A DNA stretch of 64,000 nucleotides, from the NCBI GenBank assembly GCA_963768055.1, contig CAVYGN010000001.1:288001-352000 (forward strand), given 5' to 3'. The notes under the pieces were generated by a model. It ran no database searches, was not told where the DNA came from, and worked only from the letters and a program-made list of their open reading frames with translations. A program made the position numbers and the translations under genes. Shown here one piece after another: positions 29,774 through 39,711 of this stretch (positions within the stretch are counted from its first letter, which is position 1; the number at the start of each line of letters is the position of its first letter). Source of the stretch: an uncultured Spirochaetota bacterium. Its GTDB lineage: Bacteria > Spirochaetota > Brevinematia > Brevinematales > JAOACQ01.

Positions 29774-30292
29774 TTATTTAGTACAGGTCTTATCCAGGAA
29801 ATTGTTGAGCGAATCGGCAAGGTCCTGCAGTTCGTCACGTTTTCTCAAACGGAAGCGCAGGGTGCATAGATCTATCTTGCCTGTCGAGGCTTCTTCGAGA
29901 GTCCTCTTTATCCTGTATACAGGGCCGGCCATCTTGTGTGAAATGAACAGGCCGAAAACTATGATTATTACGACGTATATGGCGCTCATCCCTACAAGCG
30001 GTTTCCAGTACAGCTCGAATAGATTCAACTGTTTGCCCATGTCAAAATACTTGTTGAGGACTTCCGCGTCCCTGGTCTTATCCGCTGTCGATTCCGTGTC
30101 GATCTGTTTTAATTTATCGGGGTTCATCGTATACTGGACATACAGGCCTTTATTATATCTGTAATAATTGACTACTCCCAGGGCGACAAGAAAGATGCCA
30201 AGGCTGATAATGATAAGAACAGAAAACCTATAAATAAACCTTATCTGGAAAGGCTTGTCGATAAAATATCGCCACCTGAACTTCTTATTCAC
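29774..30292 (-). CDS. 2-TM membrane protein with a C-terminal HAMP domain
   Basis: RYFIDKPFQ, two TM helices, SHKMAGPVYRI...RLRKRDELQDLADSLN. Confidence 0.75.
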   Translation of the reverse strand: MNKKFRWRYFIDKPFQIRFIYRFSVLIIISLGIFLVALGVVNYYRYNKGLYVQYTMNPDKLKQIDTESTADKTRDAEVLNKYFDMGKQLNLFELYWKPLVGMSAIYVVIIIVFGLFISHKMAGPVYRIKRTLEEASTGKIDLCTLRFRLRKRDELQDLADSLNNFLDKTCTK

Positions 30293-30469
30293 AGTAGCCT
30301 CCTTATAATTTTACTTATCATTTATGATCGGCATCGGCATTGCAATAGTTTAAAAAAAGGGACTTCCTGCGATAAGCGATTAAAATTTTATGCTGACACA
30401 TATGTTCACCTTTTTGAAATATCGGAAGTATATTATATAGTGTCATAAAGTTAAGTCCGGAGGGCAGAT

Positions 30470-31399
30470 TTGAGCATATATTCCTTACTCTCGACCGTTG
30501 CGTTTACAATCTATATCGAATTGTCCCTGTTCGTACTCTTCAGAAGCCCTAAATCTCGTCTAAACCTTTTAGCAGTAGGCTCTTTTACCTTGCTTGCCGT
30601 TTTTTCATTATTCCAAATATTTAGATATTCCGCCGCGGACATGGAAGCCGCGCTTTATTGCCACAGGTTCAGTATAATTTTTTTATATTTGACGGTACCG
30701 GTATTGGTTCATTACCTGATGCTGCTGACCCATGTAAAAAGGTCCACATTCCGGATACCATTAGTAATGGCATTGTATCTGCCATGGATTTTATTATGCC
30801 TTAAAAACATTTTCATAGGAGGAATAGTTAAAGGCTTCGAAAAAATTGACGGGACCTGGTTCGAGATCATTAAACCTCTCAATTTCTGGGATATTGCTTA
30901 CCTATCGTTATATTGTTTGTATTTCCTCGGTTCAATATTGTTGTTGATAAAATTGAAGATAGAGGCGAAAATTTTAAAAGAAAAAAAGATGGCCAGGACA
31001 ATGCTGACAGGTTTTATATTAAGTTTCAGCCTTGTTACGCTGATTCAATTTATCCAGCCGTTTATTTTCAAAAGGGTGCTGATACCGGGGATGCCGCATA
31101 TTTCTTTCCTGTTTTTCAGCGTATCGATCTGGTATTCCATCGTCAGGTACGGATTTATGGGAAAGACCCCCGCTTTTATCGAATCCAACCCGCTTTACCG
31201 GAAATTGTCCCAGCGGGAGAGAATGATATTGGCTCCGCTTTGCGAGGGCCTGACGTACAGGGAAATCGGCAGGATCCTTAATATATCGGAGGGCACTATA
31301 AAAAAGCATGTTGAAAACATTTACAGGAAAACCGGGATTAAAAGGAAAGTCGAACTTATAAGCGAGATGTACAGCAGGGAGCCGCGGGCATTTAAATAA
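30470..31399 (+). CDS. 7TM membrane sensor fused to a LuxR HTH
   Basis: About 7 TM helices, then LSQRERMI...GLTYREIG...ISEGTIKKHVENIYRK; TTG start after GGAGG. Confidence 0.85.
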   Translation: MSIYSLLSTVAFTIYIELSLFVLFRSPKSRLNLLAVGSFTLLAVFSLFQIFRYSAADMEAALYCHRFSIIFLYLTVPVLVHYLMLLTHVKRSTFRIPLVMALYLPWILLCLKNIFIGGIVKGFEKIDGTWFEIIKPLNFWDIAYLSLYCLYFLGSILLLIKLKIEAKILKEKKMARTMLTGFILSFSLVTLIQFIQPFIFKRVLIPGMPHISFLFFSVSIWYSIVRYGFMGKTPAFIESNPLYRKLSQRERMILAPLCEGLTYREIGRILNISEGTIKKHVENIYRKTGIKRKVELISEMYSREPRAFK

Positions 31400-31437
31400 A
31401 GTCCTTCCCTTTCCGATAAGTATAGGAAGGGGATGGA

Positions 31438-32271
31438 ATGCAAAAAAAAATTTTAGCCCTTTTCATGCTTTTGATCGCGGCAGGCTGTGCGCAGGGGCCT
31501 AAAAACACGGTAATGACTCATGAATTCGGGCCGTATTTCCTTCCTGCGAATGAATGCCTCAATGCAATTTCGATCAATTATTTCACCGAACGGGAGCTGC
31601 CGACTTCAGTTTTCTTCTCCATGGTGGGCGATATAGACTGGCTTCGCTGCGATTCCAGGCTTGCCTCGTACCACCGAATGGTCTTCAGCGGCCTTGAGGA
31701 GAGCGCCGTTTACCAGTTCAGGGTCAACAGCCTGTCGGCCTCATTCTCGGAAAGGTCATATATAAAAACGCCTCCATACGGTAGTAATTACAAGTTCGAT
31801 TTTGCCGTTGTAAGCATAAATTCGCCCCTCGAGCTTGACAAAAGCCCGTATTTCCTTATCCTTTTATCCAAAAAGCCCTCGGTAGGGGAAGATGAATTCT
31901 CACAATATTATTCAAAAAATAAAAAAATATTATCTTCCACTATCCTGGTCCCGTTATTCGATATAAATATCGGGGGTGAAACGTATTCCCTTTCCAGGGG
32001 CGGATTTTTTATCCTTAAATATAAAACCGCAAACATCATCCTCCTTTACAAGGATTTTTCGGACCTGGGGCGCCTTGCGCGGACGGCGCTCGATTGCAGT
32101 TCCGACAATAACTATATTGTTGCCTCTATTTCGGACCAGGCTGCACTTTTAAGATTGAAAGCGGAATACCATTCAAGGGTTAAGGCCATTTTCGCCTTCA
32201 ATGGGGATTCCGAATTTAATTCCGAATGGATAACAGTGGAGCAAAAGAACAAATTTGCCTTAAATAATTAA
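31438..32271 (+). CDS. Lipoprotein with a purple-acid-phosphatase-like FN3 N-terminal domain
   Basis: Lipobox AAGC; HRMVFSGLEESAVYQFRV...KTPP...FDFAVVS; no metal-binding motifs. Confidence 0.55.
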   Translation: MQKKILALFMLLIAAGCAQGPKNTVMTHEFGPYFLPANECLNAISINYFTERELPTSVFFSMVGDIDWLRCDSRLASYHRMVFSGLEESAVYQFRVNSLSASFSERSYIKTPPYGSNYKFDFAVVSINSPLELDKSPYFLILLSKKPSVGEDEFSQYYSKNKKILSSTILVPLFDINIGGETYSLSRGGFFILKYKTANIILLYKDFSDLGRLARTALDCSSDNNYIVASISDQAALLRLKAEYHSRVKAIFAFNGDSEFNSEWITVEQKNKFALNN

Positions 32272-32286
32272 CCTCAGGGGTTTATA

Positions 32287-32736
32287 ATGGATACTATTCT
32301 CTTTGTCAACGGGCCGAACCTGAATATGCTCGGAATCAGGGAACCGGACAGGTACGGGCATATGAGCCTGGCGCAAATCGAAAGCGGCATGAAAGACAAA
32401 GCGCATGCCCTGGGTTTTATACTTAAAACTTTTCAATCCAACGGCGAGGGAGAGCTTGTAAGCTTCATACAGGCCGAGGGACGGAATGCGAAGGGGCTAA
32501 TTATAAACGCCGGCGCTTATACCCACACCTCCATAGCGATAAGGGACGCGATCCTTTCCGTGCAATTGCCCTTTGTCGAAGTGCATATGTCGAACATCTT
32601 CTCCAGGGAACAATTCAGGTCGCTGTCTTATCTCTCGGGAATAGCTGTTGGAATTATTTCCGGTTTCGGTGCTTATTCTTATGAACTGGCGGTCGAGGCC
32701 ATGGCGCAATATTTAAAAAGGGGCGGCAATGCTTAA
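32287..32736 (+). CDS. aroQ: Type II 3-dehydroquinate dehydratase
   Basis: NGPNLNMLGIREP, QSNGEG, INAGAYTHTS, VEVHMSNIFSRE. Confidence 0.96.
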   Translation: MDTILFVNGPNLNMLGIREPDRYGHMSLAQIESGMKDKAHALGFILKTFQSNGEGELVSFIQAEGRNAKGLIINAGAYTHTSIAIRDAILSVQLPFVEVHMSNIFSREQFRSLSYLSGIAVGIISGFGAYSYELAVEAMAQYLKRGGNA

Positions 32737-33490
32737 AATTGGAGGATTAATAATAATACTGGCCCTCTTCGCGGCTACCCTGTCGAGAGCCCAGGACATC
32801 GGAGATGTAAGAAAAAAATACCTTGACGGTATGACATATTTCGCGAATAACGATCTTAAAAGGGCCGAAGCGAATTTTAAAAACATAATCGGCATGTCCC
32901 TTCCGAGGGGAACCCTTTTCGACCCGTTCATGGCGAAATCGTATTATTTTATGGGAGATATCGCATTTATCAAACAGGATTACCAGGGTGCGATAGATAA
33001 TTATAAAACCGTCGCCCGGGTGTATTACAACGAGGACATTTATTCCCGGGATATGTACAAACTAGGGAGGACCCTGGTTTTATCCGGCCGTCCTAACGAA
33101 GGCATAGCGATGTTAGAAGACTATATCTCCCGCTACGGCGATAAAGATTCCCTCGCAGACCATAGCTATTACTGGCTGGCAAAGGGTTACGCTAAAAATA
33201 ACGATTACTTCAAGGCTCTTTCGACATACCAGTTCATTCTTTCGAATTACGCGACAAGCGCGATGACTTTCGAGGTCAGAAATTCAATTTCGATCCTTAA
33301 GGATATTACGGAGAGGCAGAGCACTAACAGCGTCAACACCCTTCTTTTGAATAGCGGGAAACTTGACATGGAAAAAGAGATACTTGAAAAAATGTCGCGT
33401 CTCCTGGTTATCAAGCAGAGGCTTCTTGAGATAAAGGCAGCTAAGGTCGAGGCGCTTTCCAGGCTTAAAGAACAAAACGGGGTGGAATAA
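32729..33490 (+). CDS. Exported TPR protein (BamD/CpoB-like)
   Basis: Signal peptide, TPR helices (SYYFMGD, MYKLGR, SYYWLAKGY), C-terminal coiled coil. Confidence 0.75.
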   Translation: MLKIGGLIIILALFAATLSRAQDIGDVRKKYLDGMTYFANNDLKRAEANFKNIIGMSLPRGTLFDPFMAKSYYFMGDIAFIKQDYQGAIDNYKTVARVYYNEDIYSRDMYKLGRTLVLSGRPNEGIAMLEDYISRYGDKDSLADHSYYWLAKGYAKNNDYFKALSTYQFILSNYATSAMTFEVRNSISILKDITERQSTNSVNTLLLNSGKLDMEKEILEKMSRLLVIKQRLLEIKAAKVEALSRLKEQNGVE

Positions 33491-34999
33491 ATGAAATTAC
33501 CCTTTTTAATTGCAATATTTATATTTATCGCGGGAAGCCTTTTCGGTGAATGGATCGAGTTGTCTAACAGGTATGTAAGGATCCTGGCCGATTACGATAC
33601 GGCGAGGCTTACAATGTACGCCGCGACAGCCGGTACCAACGCGAAGACAGCGGCCTATAAGCCCCTGCTTTATTATTCAAATCCCTTGGCTTCCTTTGCG
33701 ACCATATCCATTAATAACCAGTACGGCATATTCGGGAGCGGCACGGGCTTTTTCAAGAAAAAGCCCTATATCCTGAAGGATAAAATAGTCTCAGAATGGG
33801 TGATGAAGGGAGTAACCGTGGTCCAATCGGCGGGCATCGTTGAGGGGCCCGTTTCAGGCGTTCCCGATACTATGAGCCTGACTTACTCATTATTAAACAA
33901 CACCCCTATGGATGTGACTGTTCAGATGAGGGTGGTCCTGGATCCTGTCCTTGGGACTTCTGTTCCAAAGAGGTTCAGCACGCCCGGGTACGGCAACATT
34001 ACTAAAGAGACATTGCTTTTTGACGATTCTATCCCGTCATTCTGGTATTCTTTCGATGATTACGACAATCCGGTTATTAAGGTCCAGGGAACATTCGATA
34101 ACGCGACAAAACCGGAAAAGATAATTTTTTCTTCGTGGGAAAAATTTTATGAAAACAAGTGGGATTTCCAGATCGATTCGTCGATGGATTTCAGGAGGCA
34201 AGGAACCGTGCAGTATGACAGTGCGGTGGGGATTTTCTACAAACCGGTTACTCTTTCAGGAAATATTTCAAACCAGATTACCCTCCTGTACGGCCTCTAC
34301 TTGCCTGGAATTATCAATGAAAAGGGAATGACATTGTCGGTTTCTGTCCCAAAGGAAGTTAACAGCCTGCCTGTGACGGTCGGCGCCGAACTAAAAAATT
34401 CGGGAAATTTTCCGCTTGCAAGGCTTACCCTGGAACTTGTAGCCCCAAGTAATTTCACACTGGCCCAGGGTGAAACAAACGTTATAAAATTTCTCAAAGT
34501 GGATACGAACGAATCGAGAAAGGTTTCCTGGAACCTGTCGGGCACAAGCAGTTTTAACGCCAATGCCCTCCTGGTCCGTGCTACGGCTTTGACTAACAGC
34601 AAAGCTACAAACGCGCTTATCATACAATCTGAAAAATTCTTCACTTACTACCAGCCGTCACAGACTTTAATCACGAATGCGGTCAATACCAACACTGCGG
34701 TACAGATTCCTCAGACTAACCTCACCAATCCCCTGACAAATGCAGCCACGACTTACGTTACCCCGAACCCGGCAATTTCAGCGGAGGAAAAAACCATCCT
34801 GAATGAGATCAAGGGCCTGGATAACCTTATCGATAAAATAAGCATTAAATATGAGATTTTGAAAGGAATATACAGGAATACCTACATAACCAACAGCAGC
34901 TTTTTAAGCGACCTGGACGACGATATAAAATATTTTGAAGAAAGGCTTAAAGGAGAAGAAGAAAGCCTTACTAATGATATGACGTACCCGAGAGAATGA
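33491..34999 (+). CDS. Secreted hypothetical protein (beta-rich domain, Ig-like domain, Thr/Asn linker, coiled coil)
   Basis: Signal peptide; long ORF abutting both neighbours. Confidence 0.7.
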   Translation: MKLPFLIAIFIFIAGSLFGEWIELSNRYVRILADYDTARLTMYAATAGTNAKTAAYKPLLYYSNPLASFATISINNQYGIFGSGTGFFKKKPYILKDKIVSEWVMKGVTVVQSAGIVEGPVSGVPDTMSLTYSLLNNTPMDVTVQMRVVLDPVLGTSVPKRFSTPGYGNITKETLLFDDSIPSFWYSFDDYDNPVIKVQGTFDNATKPEKIIFSSWEKFYENKWDFQIDSSMDFRRQGTVQYDSAVGIFYKPVTLSGNISNQITLLYGLYLPGIINEKGMTLSVSVPKEVNSLPVTVGAELKNSGNFPLARLTLELVAPSNFTLAQGETNVIKFLKVDTNESRKVSWNLSGTSSFNANALLVRATALTNSKATNALIIQSEKFFTYYQPSQTLITNAVNTNTAVQIPQTNLTNPLTNAATTYVTPNPAISAEEKTILNEIKGLDNLIDKISIKYEILKGIYRNTYITNSSFLSDLDDDIKYFEERLKGEEESLTNDMTYPRE

Positions 35000-35003
35000 T
35001 GCG

Positions 35004-36083
35004 ATGCGTAATTATTTTCAGGACCGGCTTTTAAAAACCTGCAAAAAACTTAAAGAGGGGGAAGCCCTCTATGTCAATCTTCCCGAAGAGGTTTACTACC
35101 TGTCGGGGTTTACGGGCGAAGATTCAAGCATCCTTATCATTCCGGGAGGGGCTTATTTTATTACAGACGGGCGTTATGTAGAACAATTCAATATCGAAAG
35201 AAAAATAGACGCCTCTCTCGAAGAGGTAAAGCCGGGCAGAAGGCTTATTCCGATTCTTAAATCGCTGATATGCGGGCTGAAGATCTCAACTCTTCTGCTG
35301 TCCCGGAGGGAAATAAGCCTTGAATTCGCCGATGAACTCAGAAAGGCTCTCGCCCCTGACGAACCCGAACTCAGGGACTCTAAAATAATCAAGGATATGC
35401 GCATCCGGAAGGACGACTACGAAATCGAGATAATCAGGAACAATCTCATGATAACTGAGCTGGGCTATAACATTGTGCTCCCCCTGATAAAAGAAGGGTG
35501 CAGTGAAAACGAAATAGCCGCCGAACTGGAGTTTTTCCTGAGAAAAAAGGGGGCTAAAGGCCAGGCCTTCGATACGATAGTGGCTTCCGGCCCCAGGAGC
35601 GCGATGCCCCATGGCACTGCTACAGGCAAAAAAATCCAAAAAAACGAAATAATCCTCCTCGATTTCGGGATAAAAAAAGATGGATATTGCTCAGACTTTA
35701 CAAGATGCTATAATTTAGGTAAAATAATCGACCCGAAAATCATTGTCATCCATAAAATTGTGCTTAAAGCCCTAAAAAAGGCCGAGGCGATGGTTAAAGA
35801 CGGCGTTAAAGCCGGCGAAGTTCATGGAGCCGTTTCCGATTTGATTCGGGACGCCGGGTACGGGGAATTTTTCACGCATTCCACCGGGCATGGCGTCGGC
35901 CTTCAGGTGCATGAAGCCCCTTCGGTGACGTCCGGCGAAGAAACGGTCCTTTCAGAAGGAATGATCATCACGATCGAACCGGGAATCTATCTTCCGGGGA
36001 TAGGGGGCGTAAGGCTCGAGGATATGGTCCTCGTGAAAAAAGAGGGGTGCGAGGTTTTGACAACTTCGGACTATGAACTATAA
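35004..36083 (+). CDS. Xaa-Pro aminopeptidase (M24 family)
   Basis: YLSGFTG, FDTIVASG, DFG, SDFTR, HSTGHGVGL, TIEPGIY, GVRLED. Confidence 0.93.
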   Translation: MRNYFQDRLLKTCKKLKEGEALYVNLPEEVYYLSGFTGEDSSILIIPGGAYFITDGRYVEQFNIERKIDASLEEVKPGRRLIPILKSLICGLKISTLLLSRREISLEFADELRKALAPDEPELRDSKIIKDMRIRKDDYEIEIIRNNLMITELGYNIVLPLIKEGCSENEIAAELEFFLRKKGAKGQAFDTIVASGPRSAMPHGTATGKKIQKNEIILLDFGIKKDGYCSDFTRCYNLGKIIDPKIIVIHKIVLKALKKAEAMVKDGVKAGEVHGAVSDLIRDAGYGEFFTHSTGHGVGLQVHEAPSVTSGEETVLSEGMIITIEPGIYLPGIGGVRLEDMVLVKKEGCEVLTTSDYEL

Positions 36084-36095
36084 ATTGGAGGATAT

Positions 36096-36656
36096 ATGGT
36101 TTCATCTAACGACCTGAAAAAGGGGATTGTGCTTAAAATAGACGGCGATCTCTACTCGGTGCTCTGGTACCAGCACCATAAGCCGGGCAAGGGGGGCGCT
36201 ATAGTAAGGACAAAACTGAGGAATATCATTAAAGATACCGTAATAGAAAAAACATTCCGTGCCGGCGAAACTCTCGAGGATGTTTTCGTTGAAAGCAAGG
36301 AAGCCCAGCTACTTTACAGGGAAGACGATCATTTTCTTTTCATGGACAATGAATCCTACGAACAGTATTCCGTTCCCGAAGATATCGTGGGAGAAGCCTC
36401 AAAATACCTGAAAAACGAAATGGTATGCACTCTTTCTATTTACAAGGAAGAGATCATCGGCGTAGAGCCGCCGATGTTCGTTGATCTTGTCATTACCGAA
36501 ACAGACCCCGGGCTCCGAGGCGATACTGTAAGCGGAGGGTCTAAACCGGCGACTCTTGAGACAGGGGCGGTGGTACAGGTGCCCCTTTTCGTCGGAATAG
36601 GAGAGAAGGTCAGGGTGGATACAAGGGACGACCGCTACATAGAAAGGGTCAAGTAG
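36096..36656 (+). CDS. efp: Elongation factor P
   Basis: HHKPGKGGA, PGLRGDT, KPATLETG, VPLFV. Confidence 0.97.
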   Translation: MVSSNDLKKGIVLKIDGDLYSVLWYQHHKPGKGGAIVRTKLRNIIKDTVIEKTFRAGETLEDVFVESKEAQLLYREDDHFLFMDNESYEQYSVPEDIVGEASKYLKNEMVCTLSIYKEEIIGVEPPMFVDLVITETDPGLRGDTVSGGSKPATLETGAVVQVPLFVGIGEKVRVDTRDDRYIERVK

Positions 36657-36664
36657 GAGGGGGG

Positions 36665-37144
36665 ATGATAGATATAAAGGATATCAAAAAACTTCAAAGC
36701 ATATTTATGGAAAGCGGCATAGGCGAGATCGAGGTGCGGCATGGCAGGGACGCCGTAAGACTTACGATCGGGCAGGTTAAGGGAAAAGCCCGGATCGTGA
36801 AGGCGGCAGCTGCGCCCGTACCTATCCAGGGCCCTTCGGGCCCTTTAACAAACGCTCAGAAGGCCCTTAATACCGATGAAACCAGGGCCGATTCCGGAAT
36901 TTACGAGCTCCGCTCAAAATGGATAGGTTTTTTTACAAGGCTTAATTCCAAAACCGGAGAGAACTATATAAAACTCAGGGACGTTGTAAAAAAGGGGGAC
37001 CTGGTGGGCCATGTAAGGGTCCTCGGGGTCCTGCAGGACATCAAATCGGAAATTAACGGCAAAGTCAAGGAAGTATTGGTGGAGGAAGGCCAGCCCATAG
37101 AATACGGCCAGCCTGTTATGCGCTTTGAAATTCAAGGAGAATAA
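36665..37144 (+). CDS. AccB/BCCP-like protein lacking the biotin-accepting lysine
   Basis: BCCP-like N-terminus, Ala/Pro linker, biotinyl/lipoyl fold ending VEEGQPIEYGQP; EAMKM is replaced by RVLGV; lies between efp and accC. Confidence 0.82.
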   Translation: MIDIKDIKKLQSIFMESGIGEIEVRHGRDAVRLTIGQVKGKARIVKAAAAPVPIQGPSGPLTNAQKALNTDETRADSGIYELRSKWIGFFTRLNSKTGENYIKLRDVVKKGDLVGHVRVLGVLQDIKSEINGKVKEVLVEEGQPIEYGQPVMRFEIQGE

Positions 37145-37146
37145 TA

Positions 37147-38490
37147 ATGTTTAGAAAAATACTTATTGCCAACAGGGGTGAAATCGCTGTCAGGGTCATT
37201 CGGGCGGCAAAGGAGCTGGGAATACCGACAGTTTCAGTCCACTCCGAAGCAGACGAAAAATGCCTTCACACTCAATTGTCCGACCAGGATGTCTGTATCG
37301 GCCCCGCTCTTTCCAGCGAAAGTTACCTGAATATTCTTGCCATAATCAGCGCGGCTGAGATAACCGGAGCCGACTCAATTCATCCGGGATACGGATTCCT
37401 TGCCGAGAATTCGAAGTTTTCAGGCATCTGCAAGGACCATAAAATCACCTTCATCGGCCCTTCGGCCGAGGTGATCGACCTGCTCGGGAACAAGGCCGCC
37501 GCCAGAAAAACAATGAATGAGATCGGGGTCCCTATAACCCCCGGTACGGATATAATCACAAACCCGGCTGAAGCTGTTCAATTTGCCGGTGTATCCGGCT
37601 ACCCGGTCATTGTTAAAGCGGTCGCCGGCGGGGGCGGTAAGGGAATGAGGGTCGCATGGTCCGACGAGGAACTGACCAATATCATCCCGATCGCCCAGGC
37701 CGAGGCGAAATCCGCATTCGGAAACCCGGATGTTTATGTTGAAAAATATTTAAGGGAACCGAGGCATATAGAAATTCAATTCCTGGCCGATAATTTCGGC
37801 AACGTGGTGCACCTTGGCGAACGTGACTGCTCGATCCAGAGGAGACATCAAAAGCTTGTTGAAGAATCTCCGAGCCCCAGCCTTTCCCAAAGGATCCGCG
37901 AGGAAATGGGCGAGGCGGTCAAGAAGGGGGTTAAAAAAGTCGGCTATTCCGGCGCGGGAACAATGGAATTTCTCTTCGATACCGATGGTAAATTTTATTT
38001 TATGGAAGTGAATACGAGGATCCAGGTAGAGCATCCGGTCACTGAAATGGTAACCAACGTTGACATTGTTAAAGAACAGATAAGGATTGCGATGGGCGAA
38101 AAACTTTCTTTTACCCAGGAGGACGTAAGAATCAACGGAAACGCCATCGAATGCCGCGTTAACGCCGAGGATCCGTCTATGAATTTTATGCCGATGCCGG
38201 GCGTCATTACAGATTTCCATCTGCCCGGAGGGCCTGGGATCAGGGTGGATACCCATGGCTATGCGGGTTATGAAATCCCTAAGTATTACGATTCCCTGCT
38301 TGCGAAAGTCATCGCGTGGGGCAGGGACAGGAATGAGGCTCTCGCGAGGATGAAGAGGGCGCTCCAGGAATTCACTGCCTCAGGTATTAAAACGACCATA
38401 CCCTTTTATGAAAAGCTGCTTGAAAATCCCGATTTTCAGAGGGGCAGCTATTCGACAAAATTTCTGGACAATTTTAAATTCACCTGCTGA
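37147..38490 (+). CDS. accC: Biotin carboxylase
   Basis: ANRGEIA, HPGYGFLAEN, GGGGKGMR, ERDCSIQRRHQK, EVNTRIQVEH, YDSLLAK. Confidence 0.96.
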   Translation: MFRKILIANRGEIAVRVIRAAKELGIPTVSVHSEADEKCLHTQLSDQDVCIGPALSSESYLNILAIISAAEITGADSIHPGYGFLAENSKFSGICKDHKITFIGPSAEVIDLLGNKAAARKTMNEIGVPITPGTDIITNPAEAVQFAGVSGYPVIVKAVAGGGGKGMRVAWSDEELTNIIPIAQAEAKSAFGNPDVYVEKYLREPRHIEIQFLADNFGNVVHLGERDCSIQRRHQKLVEESPSPSLSQRIREEMGEAVKKGVKKVGYSGAGTMEFLFDTDGKFYFMEVNTRIQVEHPVTEMVTNVDIVKEQIRIAMGEKLSFTQEDVRINGNAIECRVNAEDPSMNFMPMPGVITDFHLPGGPGIRVDTHGYAGYEIPKYYDSLLAKVIAWGRDRNEALARMKRALQEFTASGIKTTIPFYEKLLENPDFQRGSYSTKFLDNFKFTC

Positions 38491-38502
38491 TCAAATGTTA
38501 AT

Positions 38503-39699
38503 ATGAATTCCATCATAATTAAACCCGGAAAGGAAAAGTCCATTCTCCGCCGCCATCCCTGGATTTTCAGCGGAGCCGTACTTCGGACTGAACCGATGGC
38601 GCCGGGGCCTGGACCGGGAGAGATTGTACAGATCAGGGACCATAAAGGCTCTTTCCTCGCGAAAGGATATTACAACCCCGCTTCAAAAATCTGCGCCAGG
38701 ATCCTTGAATTCAGGGAGGACGTTGCCATTGACTCCGCCTGGTGGGAGAGTTCGATAAAGTCCTCCATAGGCAGAAGGTCTTATCTTGCGGCGGATTCCG
38801 ATGCAATGAGACTTGTCTATGCCGAGGCGGATTTCCTTCCGGGACTTATAGTCGACCGGTACGGTAAAACAATAGTGATCCAGGCGCTTACCGCGGGCAT
38901 CGATAAAGTAAAAAATATGATCGCTGAAATCATCGATTCTATTTTAAAACCCGGGGCTATTTATGAAAAAAGCGATCCGGACATCCGGGCGCTTGAAGGC
39001 CTGCCGCCTTTGTCGGGCCCCCTTTCCGGCGGCAGCGTGCCCGCCTCCGGTGACATTGTAATAACGGAGAATGGCATACGCTACATCGTCGATCCGGTGC
39101 ATGGCCAGAAAACAGGGTTTTACCTCGATCAGAGGGACAACAGGATGATCCTGTCTTCTTACGCTTCCGGCAGAGAGGTCCTGGATTGTTTCTGCTACAC
39201 GGGAGGGTTCACCCTTGCGGCGTTAAAGGGCGGCGCGGCGTCGGCAGTATCCGTCGATACTTCTGAAGAGGCGCTTGAAGCCCTTAAAAAAAACCTGCTG
39301 AATAACAATATCCCCGCCGGGCGCTGCCAGGCTTTACGGGAAGACGCATTTACCCTCCTCAGAAAATACCGGGACGAAGGGAGGTTATTCGATATGATCG
39401 TACTCGATCCCCCTAAATTTGCGCCCTCCCGCAAGCACAGGGATAAGGCCATGAGAGCCTACAAAGACATAAACCTTCTCGCCATGAAGGCGCTCCGGCC
39501 CGGAGGCCTTCTCGCAACATTTTCATGTTCCGGAGGGATAAGTTCAGCCGATTTTAAAATGGCCTTAGGCTGGGCGAGTATAGACGCGGGAAGGGAAGTC
39601 CAGGCCGTTCGTACGCTGACACAGGCCCCCGACCATCCTGTACGGCTTTCTTATCCTGAATCGGAATATCTTAAAGGACATATCTGCCTGGTCATATAG
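38503..39699 (+). CDS. rlmI: 23S rRNA m5C1962 methyltransferase RlmI-like
   Basis: PUA domain RRHPWIF, GQKTGFYLDQR, DCFCYTGGF, LDPPKF, FSCS. Confidence 0.9.
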   Translation: MNSIIIKPGKEKSILRRHPWIFSGAVLRTEPMAPGPGPGEIVQIRDHKGSFLAKGYYNPASKICARILEFREDVAIDSAWWESSIKSSIGRRSYLAADSDAMRLVYAEADFLPGLIVDRYGKTIVIQALTAGIDKVKNMIAEIIDSILKPGAIYEKSDPDIRALEGLPPLSGPLSGGSVPASGDIVITENGIRYIVDPVHGQKTGFYLDQRDNRMILSSYASGREVLDCFCYTGGFTLAALKGGAASAVSVDTSEEALEALKKNLLNNNIPAGRCQALREDAFTLLRKYRDEGRLFDMIVLDPPKFAPSRKHRDKAMRAYKDINLLAMKALRPGGLLATFSCSGGISSADFKMALGWASIDAGREVQAVRTLTQAPDHPVRLSYPESEYLKGHICLVI

Positions 39700-39711
39700 G
39701 GGAGATGCCGA

